This document shows positions 38,331 to 52,499 of a stretch of 64,000 nt of DNA, one piece after another. A program made the translations under genes and the position numbers. The stretch covers positions 109,988,001-110,052,000 of the forward strand of contig NC_042999.1 in NCBI RefSeq assembly GCF_006345805.1, given 5' to 3'. Positions within the stretch are counted from its first letter, which is position 1; each line of letters opens with the position of its first letter. Below the pieces are notes generated by a model that was not told the origin of the DNA, did no database searches, and saw nothing but the letters and a program-made list of their open reading frames with translations. This DNA is from Octopus sinensis (taxonomy: Eukaryota).

Positions 38331-40526
38331 ATGTTGTTAAAATTCTTCATTTAAAAATCATATATTTAAAAAGTTAGCACATGGATTCAAATATTATGGT
38401 AGCTAGAAAATAATTTCTTCTTTCATTGTTTTGCATCTTAATATATATGTATTAATATCAAATCAGGAGACAATTGTATTTCACACAAAATATATAGATG
38501 GTATATATATTGGAAAGTTGTTGTTATTAAAATTTCTCATGTAAGAAAATCATATCTTCAAAAAGTTAGTATTGTTTCACATTTAAATTTATTCATACTT
38601 CTAAAATATTTAGGTATTATGCACAGAGAATTGGACTGTAACTTTTTATAATATTTCAAATAAATGTAATCTTAAAAAAAAATTAACTTCAATTTATAGA
38701 GCAGAAGTCCAGAATATATTGGAAATATAAAACAAAGTGAAAGGTGAAACAATGAAATGATAATTTTCTGTCTCCATGGTATTTGAAACTGTGTACAAAG
38801 AGTTACATATATATATTGTATACAAACCGTTTTATATATATATATATATACTCACACACAAACATACACATGTATATACACATGCGTGTGCAACACACAT
38901 ATACATACACACAAGTATATATTACCACAGACTAGAAATTTTAACTACTTTGTGATAAGTAGGCAATGAAAGAAATTAAATTTGTGTATTCTGTTCATAT
39001 TTTACCTTATTCCTTAATTTCAAATTCAAACCCCATCCAATATTATGAAGAAATTATTATCTCCCTTGTACTATCAGTCCACTAGGGACACTACATGTTA
39101 TATATACATAAATAGACATGAATACACATATAAACCCAAACACACATAAATACATATATATTTATGTATGCAATATATAGTCGTTCCTCAGATACTGTCC
39201 TCACACAACTAGGTGATCAGTTAGGTCCACAGAAAGACTTGAACCTCTGACAGCATGGCAAAACTGTTCCTGCTAAAAGTTTCATGGAGAGAGCTTGTTC
39301 TCATTGAACTGGATAAATCCTGAGGAGCATACCTCAAACAAAATAACCTATTGTCTCAAAGGCTGACCTTGCAGAAGAGAGCAATACCTGATGGAGTGGC
39401 TAAGAAAGTGCAGCTCAAGTAACACCTGGGCTGATGGCTTTCCATTGCAGGATTGTTGTGTGATCCGGGATTTCACATTTCAGATGTAATGCAAGAGGAT
39501 TTTTTTTGTGACATGGGTCACTTCCTGGCAAGTTGGGATTCACCTTTATCAAAACCCTACCATTTGCAGGCATTCATTGATCTTTCCTCATGCACTTCAT
39601 TCAGAGAAACAAATACACAGAATTTAGAAACAACTGATAACAATGATACATATTATATATACATACGTACGTATGTATGCATGTATATTATATATAATAA
39701 ATATAATATATATTATATATAATATATATTCTATATATATTGTATTATATTATACATATATATATTGTATTATATACGTACACAGACACGCATATATACA
39801 TATACATACAATTATACGTACTTGTATGCATATAGATATGTATATACATATAGAAAGATAGGTGTATATACATGTATATATCTTTATATATATATGTACA
39901 CATATATACATGTGTGTGTGTGTGTGTATCTGCATGGAGTGAAGGAAAATAGGGATTACAGAAATCTGGGCAAATGCTCTGTTAGCACTCCCATGCAATA
40001 AAGCTGGCCAAGAGAATGTCCAGTGAAGAGTATAGTAAGCTACAGGGTAAACACACAAGGTAACCCATACAAAATGTAAATCTGAAGTTATTCCCTGATT
40101 GAAAGGCTGATTCATTAACCACAGAGTATAATACCACTTTACAGTACACGAGCAAGTAAGTAAAGGTTTTAGATAGTAGTATTCTTCTCTAACATATATC
40201 CAGCGCAAGATGATATGTTGACCACCCAGGATTGTGAATTTGGCAAGTATAATATAGACAGGGTAGGTTATTTGATATGTCTGTTATCAACAATCCTGTA
40301 TCTGTAAGAATTAAGAATTTTTTTTTTGTAGCAGATTTGGAAAATCTACCATAATAATGTATAAAGGGCTGAAGAGAATGATTAGGAGTTAACTAATCCA
40401 TTCATTGATTGATTGTTAAGCTTACAAGCCACTGTATGGCATGGAAACAGTTCTTCAACCTATTCAAAACACTTGCAAGTGAATAAAGTTATGAAAGAAG
40501 ATAATTCTTCATTTTTTTCACCCCAG

Positions 40527-40576
40527 CATGGCCTCAGTCTAATGACGGAAACAACTTAGAAAAATGCTGTCACGTG
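40527..40576 (+). CDS. Candidate exon WPQSNDGNNLEKCCHV
   Basis: Strong acceptor 'ttcatttttttcaccccag|' and strong donor 'CGTG|gtaaga'; 50 nt; one open frame. Confidence 0.3.
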
Positions 40577-41596
40577 GTTAAGATTTGTTTTGACTCTTAT
40601 TTCTAGAAATACTGGTGGTCACTACCATTCTCCATCACTTTAGTGACGACTATATCTGTTGCCTTTTGGTTGTAAATTGTGAATTTATAACTATCAAGAT
40701 TAATCAGCTGAAATTGTGAGGATGATCCGGTTCTTGACTGAGGATAAAAAGCTTCGAATGACCCATCCTTGTTTTTTTGTATCATCTATATGGATGTTTT
40801 GTTGTCCCTTTTTGTATCACCTAGTTGTCCAGATGTTTTGCATTCTTGTCCCATTTTGTATTTTATATATATATATAAATATATATACACACACACTGTT
40901 ACATATACACACACTCACACACTGTTACATATATATATTATATGTATATACACATACACACTGTTATATATATATATCATAATCAATATTGTTTTGATGT
41001 CTACATTTCAAACCTTGCACGGATCAGACAGAATTAACTGAAGCAGATTTTCTATGGCTGGATGCCCTTTCTACTGGTAACCATCATTTGTTTTCAAGCA
41101 AGGTAATATTTATCCATGCCCAGACATGATTTTTCATGGAAGATTGGAAATGAACAACATTGCTTGTATGATGGTGACACCTGTTTACAACCATCGCACA
41201 ATGTCAAGATAAGAGGGGATACATGCATTTTCATACACACACACACATATATATATATGTATATATATAAATCTTTCTCTTTCTTAATTTATTACTATTC
41301 CTGCTCTCTATTGTAGTATTCACCCTTAGCACCCAACATGTCTTAATCCTCTATCTACTTCTGTGTTAGTATTTCGTATATTGTTCTATATATTTTGCAG
41401 TCTATAGTGAATGAAGCGTCAAGTGACTGATGACTATAATTCTTTCTCTTGCTTTCTTATTTCTCTCTCCCCCACCTCACTCACTAACTTCAACTTCCAC
41501 TCAATCCATCTACCATGACAGAGGAACTCAATAAACTAAAGAACCAAAACATACAAAAAGATCAAGAATTTCTTTATATTACTCATGCACTATATA

Positions 41597-41634
<38 letters not shown>

Positions 41635-41946
41635 TATATATGAGTTCATATCACATATACATATGCATATTATGTCTGTCTAGTTATTTGTCTATCTGTC
41701 TGTCTACCTACCACTTTCTGTATATGTAATACAGTATATTGATAAATATTATTTATATTATGTATATATCTAATATAAAACTTTAAGCTGCACACATATA
41801 TATGAAACAGGTGAAGTATCCGGGCTTAGAAAATCTGGCACATATATATATATATATAGATTTAGTTACAATGCATTTTGTGTGTGTGTAGGTGTATATA
41901 TATGTGTGTAAATATATATATCTTTGTATATTGATATATATATGTA

Positions 41947-41977
<31 letters not shown>

Positions 41978-42002
41978 CTTTGTATATTGATATATATATG
42001 TA

Positions 42003-42072
<70 letters not shown>

Positions 42073-42413
42073 ATATCATCTGGGTATTAACCTCTTAAAG
42101 TGCATTTCAAAGCTCCTATTGGCTACCATAAGCCATCATACTACAGGATTACTCTTTTACTGGAAATACATGTGGAAATCTGTTAGTGTACGCAAAATCC
42201 ATATAAAAATTCATAAAACCAGAAGATGGAGTGAACGGGCTTTAATCAGAAATCACAATCAGTTGCTGAGTTTTCAATATCATATAATCATATAAATATT
42301 ATGTAAGTAGATATGCTCCAGCTGTTGTTGTGTGCCTGCACATCATCAGGTAAGTGGCTTTAAGAGCACTGCGGCACACAGCTACTGTTGGATCATAAGT
42401 ATAATATTTAGAC

Positions 42414-42572
42414 GTAGGAGTGGCTGTGTGGTAAGAAGCTTTTCCCCCAACCACATGGTTCTGTGTTCAGTCCCACTGTGTGAGACCTTGGGCAACTGTC
42501 TTCTACTATAGCCTTGGGCTGACCAAAGCTTTGTGAGTGGATTTGGTAGACAGAAACTGAAAGAAGCCTGTC

Positions 42573-42617
<45 letters not shown>

Positions 42618-42856
42618 TATATATATATATGTATGTATATATGTATGCATTTGTGTGTTTGTCCTCCCCACCATCACTTGACAACCAATGTTGGTGTGTT
42701 TACATTTCTGTAACTTAGCAGTTCGGCAAAAAGAGGCCGATAGAATAAGTTCTAGGCTTACAAAGAATAAGTCCAGGCGGGTCGATTTGCTCAACTAAAG
42801 GCAGTGCTCCAGCATGGCCGCAGTCAAATGACTGAAACAAATGAACAAATAAAAGA
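42414..42856 (+). mobile_element. SINE type A, full-length
   Basis: Aligns with 62557-62960; partial CpG decay. Confidence 0.9.
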
Positions 42857-43078
42857 ATACTATGATATGGAAAACACAGCCACTAACAGCTGCTACCAAG
42901 GCACAAAACAAATGTTGTGATTAAAGCCTGTCAATTCCATCTTCTTGTTTTGTAAATTTATATATTTCATGGCAGTGGCATTTGGTGGTTGTTGTATTGG
43001 GTGTCACACCACACCCCAATGCCACCAAATTTCAAGCAGGAGTATAACAAAAGTTTTCCATTAAGATTTGCGATTAAA

Positions 43079-43306
43079 TTAACCCTTTTGTTACCTTATT
43101 TCAGTTGAGATGCTCTGTGTTTCTTTCAATTAATTTTAAATATAACAAAGAATTAGTAAAATAATTTAGTTTATCATTAAGCTAGCATTAGGAACATAAA
43201 TTGTGACTAAGGTTTGGTGGAAGATTTTGATTCAGAACTTGAAAACAAGACATTTGTACTACAGAGTCAGAGGCGGTCTCAGGTGGGTTGGTATAAAATA
43301 AGATTA
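43079..43306. mobile_element. piggyBac-like MITE, degenerate
   Basis: Starts TTAA-CCCTTTTGTTACC; decayed inverted end; related copy at 47090-47317. Confidence 0.55.
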
Positions 43307-43793
43307 GCATCTATAAAGAATTTGCCATTTTCATTGTAAGTGCAGCATACATCTGGAATATATGCCACTGTTTCATAGGTGCAGGTATGGTTGCGTAGTA
43401 AGAAGTTTGATTCCAAAAGACATGGTTCTGAGTTCATAAACTACTATGCAATAACACTGGGAAATTGTCATCAACTCTAGCCCAGGGTAGGTAGTAGCTT
43501 TTTGAGTTGATTTAGTAGACAAAAACTGAAAGAAACCACGGTGTATGTGTGTGTGTGCAGCCATGCCAGTGGCATGTAAAAAAAGCACCCATTATATTCT
43601 TAAAGTGGTTGGCACTAGAAAGGGCATCCTGTTATAGAAACCATGCCAAATCAGATTGCAACTCAGTGCAGCTAACCAGTTCCAGTCAAACCTTCCAACC
43701 CATGCCAACATGGAAAAAAGACACTGAACAATGATGATGATAGTGATGATGATATATGTGTGTCTGTGTGCTGATGGGTTACTCTGCTGTTGC

Positions 43794-44020
43794 GGCGAGC
43801 TGGCAGAAACGTTAGCACACTGGGTGAAATGCTTAGCGGTATTTCGTCTGCGTTATGTTGTGAGTTCAAATTCCGCCGAGGTCGACTTTGCCTTTCATCC
43901 TTTCGGGGTCGATAAATTAAGTACCAGTTACGCACTGGGGTCGATGTAATCGACTTAATACCTATGTCTGTCCTTGTTTGTCCCCTCTGTGTTTAGCCCC
44001 TTGTGGGTAATAAAGAAATA
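43794..44020 (+). mobile_element. SINE type B with Tx1-like tail, young, 17-bp TSD
   Basis: Perfect TSD GGTTACTCTGCTGTTGC at 43777-43793 and 44021-44037; CpGs intact; no poly(A) tail. Confidence 0.95.
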
Positions 44021-44323
44021 GGTTACTCTGCTGTTGCTTTGACATGGCATGTCAAGTATTAATGAGTGTTACCATAATGTGTGTGATATTCATTTCCAAT
44101 ATTCTGTGAAAATGTGTCTAGTCATGGTGAAATATTACCTTCCTTAGGGTTGTTGCCAGGAATGGACTGCCTGGTCATAGTATATCCAACCCATGTAAGC
44201 ATGGAAAAGTGAAAGTAAAAATTACGATGATGATATTTGTGGATATATATACATATAGATATATATACACACATACATACAAATATCAATATTATCACTA
44301 TTATTATTTTAACCATATCATCT

Positions 44324-44371
<48 letters not shown>

Positions 44372-44739
44372 CGTCATCTATCTGGATGTTTTGTTGACCC
44401 TTTCTTGTATTACCTTGAAGGGTTTAAGTTGAACAAATCAACCCCAGTAATCATCTTAAGTTTGCTACTTATTCTATAGGTCTCTTTTGTTGAACCAGTA
44501 AGTTATGGGGAAGTAAACAAACACCAACTGCCTGTGGGAGATAAATACAATAGAGACACAAAGACACACACAAACACACACACACACACACACAACAAAA
44601 TCTACTCACAAGGCTTAGATTGGTCTGGGAGTATAGTAGAAGAGTTACCCAAAACTATGTGGTGAGGAAGCAAGCTTCTTATCTCACAGCCATATATTAT
44701 AAGATGTCTCATATTAATGACGTTAATACCTTCATTGGT

Positions 44740-45655
44740 GTATAAGATCTATGTGAATTCTTGCAAATGACACTTAGCATATTGAGGTCGTCGACAGGGT
44801 GGGAGACAGGACATACTGTCAATTGGATGTACTCCCTATTATTGAATGTACATAAAAATACTATGCAACAAAACAAGGATCAATTTGAACTAATTCACTT
44901 TGGAAAAGAGTTTGCATTTAAGCTACTCTTCTACTGGATGTAACCTTCATAGCATTCAACATTGTCACTAACTTCTTAAACAGGAATGCCCACATAAACA
45001 GCAAAGTTGCTATTGCCAGCAGAATGTGCTCTTGGATGTTTAGAACTTTCTGGTCTAGGGATGTTCCTACCACTATCCTTCTCTTCACTATCTTTGCCTG
45101 TCCTCACCTTGAAGACTGTTTGATGTGATTTCTTTATCCGAACCACCCTGGAAGATGAATCACAAAAAAGTAGATGACATGACAAAACTTGATTACTGGG
45201 ATCAGCTTAAGAAGCTCAAACTCTATTCCCTCCAATGCCACCATGAAGGCCATATCATTTGTATAATGTAGAAAATATTCACATTGTGCAAATGATGTTA
45301 GCATCAGCTTTAAAATTCCCCCAATGCTTGATTCCCATGCCATCTGTGCTCTACAAAAATCATGCTCACATCACAACACTTTGACAGAAGTATTTTACCT
45401 CAACTGGCTTTGATCTCTTTAACATCATGCCAAGACATGTAAGGGCAGAAAAAATACCATAACATTCAAATGCTCCCGCAACAAATTCTTCCAACAAAGC
45501 CCAGATAAACTAACTACACTTGGATATATCTGCAAACAATAAGACATTTTTCTAGAATGGGCTGTGGTACCCAGATGAAAAATGTCTTTTCCAGATGGTG
45601 CTATTAAATTAGTCATGGCCTGGGCCTATATTGGCTGCAAGCTGTCTAAATGAAT
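44740..45655 (+). pseudogene. CR1-group LINE 3' fragment (RT end to 3' tail)
   Basis: Translations MQQNKDQFELIHFG; NAHINSKVAIASRMCSWMFRTF...PHLE; LDYWDQLKKLKLYSLQ (typical 'L.Y.ERL..L.LYSL.RRR'). Confidence 0.85.
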
Positions 45656-45734
45656 ATTTGCCACATTTGTTCCAACTCACTGCACATTGAATTCAAATCC
45701 AAGAAAAATCAACATTGCCTTTTGAGTTAGCAAG

Positions 45735-45940
45735 AAGATAAGGCAAAAATGGCTGTGGCTATCTGGTCACTGCATGGTGATGCAAGAAGAGGAAAATGTC
45801 ACACTTACATTGACAACTCGATTGCAGACACTGGCCTGGAATGTATCCAGGATCTCAATGCAGTGATGATGAACCAAGAAGTGTGGTGGGCAGATTTTTT
45901 TGCTGAGGCCAGAGCTGGAACCCATCCATAATAATAACAA
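45735..45940 (+). mobile_element. RTE-clade LINE 3' end
   Basis: ORF VAIWSLHGDARRGKCHTYIDNSIADTGLECIQDLNAVMMNQEVW matches the RTE C-terminal pattern; ends in (TAA)n. Confidence 0.7.
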
Positions 45941-46272
45941 AAACTGATTATGAAACAGCTGTAAACTAATGGAATAAACATATATATATACATATATATA
46001 TATGTGCCATGCAGTTGGATTGATTTTGAAACCAAGTTGTTAGGAAGTGAACTTCTTAATTACACTTGTAATTATATATACATACATAAATTATGGTTGC
46101 ATATATGTATATAATACATTCATATCTACATGGTTATAAATTTTGCTTCCAAATCACACACTATCAGGTTCAGTTCCAATGCATGGCACCTGAGCAAGCG
46201 TCTTCTCCTAAAACCTCAGATCAAGAAAAGGTTTGTGAGTGGATTTGTTGGGTGGAAGCTAAAAGAACCTCG

Positions 46273-46307
<35 letters not shown>

Positions 46308-47089
46308 TATTTTCTTGTCTTCACATGGCACAATATTTGTAAATGAGTGTCACTATACAAGTCGTGCCATTCATTTCCACTCCTTCATGAAACTACATCT
46401 GGTCATGAGGAAATCATCACCTTGCTTCTGAACACGTATTGGTTGGTGGCAGTTAAGAGAATTAGGCTGTTGAAAAATCTACTTCAACAAAATTCCATTT
46501 CACCTATGCAAGTATGGGAAAGCGAACGTTAAAATGATGATGATGACGTTGATGATGGTGACGATGATTATGATTACCTAGCACCTTGTATGTTTTTAGC
46601 AGAGTCTACTTTCCTACTACAAGTATTTGGGATAGTTTTCTAATTTGAAGTGAACTTCCTCCCTCTCACCAGAGTCATGGGTAATATCCTTCTTCATGAC
46701 TAAAGGATAAAAGAAACAAAAATAAGAAAAAAAAACAATATAATTCCATTACATGTATGAGGGAACTGCCACAACTAGAAAGCTTTTCATTATAGTCTTC
46801 TTTCACCATGACTGATTAGGTAATACACAGTAATAACAGGTTTATTTTGAAGCAACAAGAAAGGGCCTCTTTACATGTGTAAAATCTGCTAGATATAGCA
46901 GTCAAGTTTCCCTAACTTTCTTCAATTGAAAAGGACACAATGGAAAATATAGCCGTATATCTACAGACGTGTGTGTTATATGTTATTCCCTTGAGTAAGA
47001 TACCTCCTCTCACATTGCATTAGTCTCCTCAGCTGAAAGTCTGTGACAGTAGCAGCAGTAGTTTAAACCTTTGGCAGACTGGCGACCCA

Positions 47090-47317
47090 TTAATCCCTTT
47101 GTTACTATATTTCTTCAGAAATATGTAGTTTTCATTTTAATTTATTTTGAAAATTATGAAGAATTTAGTGAATTAATTTTGTCGTTATTAATCTAGTATT
47201 TGAAACATAAATTAGCATGAAATTTTGATAGCAACTTTTTATTTAGATTCCTTTAAAACAGGAAGTTTGTATCATAGGACCAGGGGTACTCTCAGGCAGG
47301 TTGGTATCAAAGGGGTA
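47090..47317. mobile_element. piggyBac-like MITE, degenerate
   Basis: 'ttaatccctttgttact...ggtatcaaaggggta'; body aligns to 43079-43306. Confidence 0.55.
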
Positions 47318-48329
47318 CTTACATTCTCTGGAAAACCTTGGTAGAAGCTTCAGCTTAATAAGCACGTGGGCTCAATAGAAACTATGACTTTTTTGTCATA
47401 TATGTTCCTTCTACTCACACAAGACACACACACTATTGATCCAGGAAAATATATTAAATTTCCAGAAAACAGTAACAACAGTTTCAAATTAGAATTTTTC
47501 TCAAAATTACTTTCAAAATTATTTTAGACATTCATCAAGCCAAAAATTACTGGGATGCGAATGTTTCAAATTTAGATCCTAAAATGGTAGCTGCCCCTTT
47601 CTGTCACTGAAAATTTAATATATATTTTTCTGAGTCAATAAAAATTCGCCCCTTGTACAAGAACACTCTTTAATTTTTGGCATCTTGATGTATGATATAT
47701 CTGTCTGTCTGAATGTATGTATGTATGTATGTATGCAAGTACAGGTGATATCCATCAAATTTTCAGCTCACAGAGAACATTTTGGGGAGCAGATGAAGAA
47801 CATCTGAAGTAATTTAGTAATCAGTTCTTGATCTGCATATGTACATCATCACCAACATCTTTGTTTTAATGTCTATTTTTTTCCATGTTTAACATGGGTC
47901 ACACAGAATTCATTGAGACAGATACTCTCTGGTTGAATGCCCATCCCGTCACCAACCCTCATCTATTATCAAGCAAGGTAAATATTTCCCCATTGACGGA
48001 CATGTTTCTATGTAACCCTAAAAACAAATGACATCACTTGTATAATAGTAACACTCATTTACAGCCCTCATGTGGTGTCAATTCATGGAGACACAAACAT
48101 GCCTTTCAATACACACACTCATACATTCACACCATGCAGTTGGACTGATTTTGAAACCATGTGGTTAGGAAGCAAACTTCTTAATCCCACACGTAAATTA
48201 TATACATGCGTATATACACACACACATACACAATATATTACCCCTACCTAATACACTGTACATATATCCATTATTCATTCATTCATTTCTTCATTTTACA
48301 TCTGTTTTTCCCTATTAGCATGAAATACA

Positions 48330-48640
48330 CGAGTGCAATATTACTGAAGCATTGTCTTATAGTTCAATGCAGTAACTAAGAGTAACCTTTAAGTATTTTT
48401 TAAATGGGAGATTTTGCAATCCATTCATCAGGCTGACGGAATTATGCACTTGGTTCAGCACCTAAGTATTTGAAGGACCTTTTAAGTTTAGTTTCTGCAC
48501 CTCTTGAATCACAGAATCGCAGATCTGATTTTACAATTGTCTCCAGCCCATTCTACAACAAACTCATATGGTTGGGCTTCTGCATTCATCACCTCATGCT
48601 TTGGAATTCATTATCAACCAATATAAAAGTGTTTTCTAAT
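48330..48640 (+). mobile_element. L2-type LINE 3' fragment
   Basis: Translation GSAPKYLKDLL...RRSD...LWNSLSTNIK resembles the L2 'G.AP.YL..LL...RS....LWN.LP..IR' end. Confidence 0.6.
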
Positions 48641-48954
48641 AAATAATAAGAGGTATTTTAAATAACACACTTATTTTCATTATAACGTAAGACAAAATCA
48701 TTAATTACAACAAGAATTCTTATGGTTTTTGGTATAGTTCTTATACATATACACTACATGTGTTTTTGTATGGAATTGTATCCAAATTTCATTAAGAAAA
48801 ATAATAAACAACACTGTTTTGTAACTCAGCACTCTTTTTCATGTAAAGCATAAAATTTAAATATTTATACCCCACACTCATACATATACAATGGGCTTCT
48901 GCTTACCAAATTCACTCACAAAGCAAAAGCATTGTTTATCATTACAATATGTAT

Positions 48955-49170
48955 ATAAGGTGATGAGCTGGCAGAATTGTTAGCGTGCTGGGCAAAATGC
49001 TTAGTGATATTTCATCTGTCTTTAGATTCTGAGTTCAAATTCCACTGAGATTGATTTTTGTCTTTCATCCTTTTGGGGTCGCAAAAATATGTACTAGTTA
49101 AGTACTAAGGTCAATATAATTGACTAACTCTCTCCTGCCAAATTTCAGGCTTTGTGTCTAGAGAAGAAAG
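48955..49170 (+). mobile_element. SINE type B, strongly CpG-decayed
   Basis: 'gatgagctggcagaattgttagcgtgctgggc...ccactgagattga'. Confidence 0.85.
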
Positions 49171-49171
49171 C

Positions 49172-49206
<35 letters not shown>

Positions 49207-49866
49207 GTATAAAATACATACACACATACATTATATAATGTACATACATATGTTACATAATAGATCTTACATACATACACTGCTTAGACAAAAATTCACC
49301 ATCTCTGATATGGGAACAAGTAAATAAAACACCCATGGCTGCCTGGCTGATTAAAAATCTAGCATATGCAAATGAGGCAGTGTTTTATTGAAATAGCCAT
49401 TTATGTATCATACTCAATGCATAGACACTGATGATAGACAGGTTACTGCAGTATTTGTTCTGAGATAATATTTAAGAATTTTTGTGCTTAAAAAGCCAAG
49501 AAAATTCAGCAAGAGATGAAAATTCTTCCCAGCAGTGGCCAGTGAATTCACATGGTGCATTTTGACCAGTTTGGGCCTTTAGAATAGTGTGTAGTCTTAG
49601 GGATGTGTAGCAGAGAATTTGTTGTTTCAGATATAGGGAAAAGTTAATAAAAATATTCATTTATATTTATATATAGCTATATACATACTTATGTCTGCGA
49701 TTATAAATATATATATGTATATACAGACAAATATATCCACAAACATATATGTATATACACATAAATTCACACAAATATATCTGTCTCACTCATGTCAACA
49801 TGGAAGGCAGACGTTAAACAATGATGATGATGATACGCACATATATATAACATGTGTGTGTAGATG

Positions 49867-49904
<38 letters not shown>

Positions 49905-49907
49905 CGT

Positions 49908-50251
49908 GTGTGGAAGTGCAATAGACCAGCGGAGTCGCGGTTGTAGGATAGCGGTTTCAATTCCCAGACCAGGTATTGTGAGTGTTTATTGAGTTAAAAC
50001 ACCTAAAGTTTTACGAGTCTCCAGCAGGGGGTGTATTCTTTCACCACAACTTTCTTCCTGTTTCTGTAGTGCCTGTATTTCAAAGGGCCAGCCTTGTGCC
50101 ATGCTGTGTCACGCTGAATCTCCCTGGGAACTACGTTAAGGGTACACATGTCTGAGGAGTGCTCAGCCACTTGCGCATTAATTTCACAAGCAGGCTGTTC
50201 TGTTGATTGGATCAAATGGAACCCTTGTCGTCGTAACCGACGGAGTGCCAC
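49908..50251 (+). mobile_element. SINE type E
   Basis: Aligns to 21457-21826. Confidence 0.85.
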
Positions 50252-51489
50252 GATATATATATGCATGCGTATCATCATCATCATCATCATTTAACGTCCG
50301 CCATGCATGCTGGCATGGGTGGAACATATATATTTGTGTGACTGTATATATATGTATATGGATATATATATATGTTTGTGGATATATTTGTCTGTGTATA
50401 TACATATATATGTGCATATATATATATAATAATATATATATATATATATATGTGTGTGTATATAATATATCATATTTTATGTTTATATATGTACATATAT
50501 ATATATGTTTATATAATATATACATATATATATGTTTATATAATATATACTATATATATGTTTATAATATATACATATATATATGTTTATATAATATATA
50601 CATATATATTTTATATAATATATACATATATATATGTTTATATATATATATATATATATATGGATATATATATATATATATGTTTGTGGATATATTTGTC
50701 TGTGTATATACATATATATGTGCATATATACATATATATATGTATGTATATATATATACACACACACATATACATAGATATATATATATACATACATATC
50801 TGTATATACATATGTATATATTCATATATACAGGTATAGATGTATATATATGTTTGTGAATATATTGTCTATGTATATACATATATATATATACACACAC
50901 ACACACATATATATACATACACACACACACTCAAAAGCATATATATAAATACATATATACACAGATGTACAAATATATTTAAACAAACACACAGATGCAT
51001 GCATCCATGCATGCATACATACATATGCATGTTTGTACACACACGCAGAGTTCTGTCTCCCACCACTTTGATGCCTGAGGGTAAAGGTGCCACATAGCAA
51101 TTTAGGACCTAAAAACATATGGTGACACAACAGAGGCTGTAGCCACACACCGACGCCTATTAGTGTTATATATATATAAAAAAATCACTAACAAATTACA
51201 CAGACAGAAGTGTTTGTCTGTGTGCGTGTGTGTGTGTGTGTTTCTTTTTCTCTTTTACTTCAGTCGCTGCACTATGGCCATGTGGGAGCAACACTTTCAA
51301 GTGTTTGGAGAATCAATTTGAATCTATTTAATTTTGAAGTCTGGTACTTTTTCTACGAGTGTTTTTTTTTATATATCTATTATATATGGAATATATACAC
51401 ACATGTATGTAAATATGTATGGGTATACACATACATATATAAATATACAAGCACACACGCATTATATATATATATATATATGTGTGTGC

Positions 51490-51527
<38 letters not shown>

Positions 51528-51708
51528 CATTGCTTACATTTATGTACCTAAGTATATGTATATACATTTATTTGTTATACTGTTTATACACACACACACA
51601 CACATATATATACATATATGTACGTTTGTATATATCTATATACGTGTGTGTGTATGTATGTATGTATATACAGACATACATACACACACACACACACCAT
51701 ATATATAT

Positions 51709-51754
<46 letters not shown>

Positions 51755-51760
51755 ATTTAG
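50252..51760. repeat. (TA)n/(TG)n field with internal duplications
   Basis: 'gtttgtggatatatttgtctgtgtatatacatatatatgtgcatatata' occurs at about 50374 and 50683. Confidence 0.9.
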
Positions 51761-52499
51761 TATGTACCACTTAGTTTGTATATCGCCTCGGAGAGATTTT
51801 GAGTTTTAAAACCCTATGTCTAATTCAGAAATTACGAAATTACAGTTTTAATGATCGGGAAAACCTTGAATATACAATACTGTTGAAATTTACGTACAAT
51901 AAGAGATGGACATTTTGTTACCGATAAATTTCGTTGATTCGTCCCAGCACATCCCTAATCGAACAGAAGCTTTCATTTGGGACCATCGCGTTTTCTTTCA
52001 ACCAGGGCAATATGGTCTGGCGCGAATTTTAGGGACAGAACTCTGCTGTTTTTAACAGGCCCATTGATCATCTAATGGTTTACTTTTTAACTCATCTCAT
52101 TTCTGGATGTAAAATAAACAGATTCAATGATCTTAAATGTAGCTGACCATAGACACCGGAAAAAAATGTCTTACGAATGAAGGTTCATTTATCCGTTTAC
52201 TACTTCTTCATGTGTGGGATGTGATATAAATGCTATGATCCCTTAAAAAGTTAAGGACCGAAAACAGTTATGCACTTGTAATGAAATATCTGTGTCCAGA
52301 AATCGAAATCGCATCTATTAGGTGCTCCCTCCGTAATCAATATTGTGTGTGTATGTGTGTGCGTGTGGTATTTGATGTAAATAATAAAGTTTGACCAAGT
52401 CAACAGAAATATTTTTCTGCTTCTAGGAAAACAATAACATGCGTGTGTGCGTATGCCGTAGTGTGTAGGTAACATGTGTAAATGATATCGATATTAGCT

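Noticed and set aside
47528-47586. Exon candidate (D)IHQAKNYWDANVSNLDPKM
   Set aside because: Weak donor and phase-incompatible with the 40527-40576 candidate; left unassigned.
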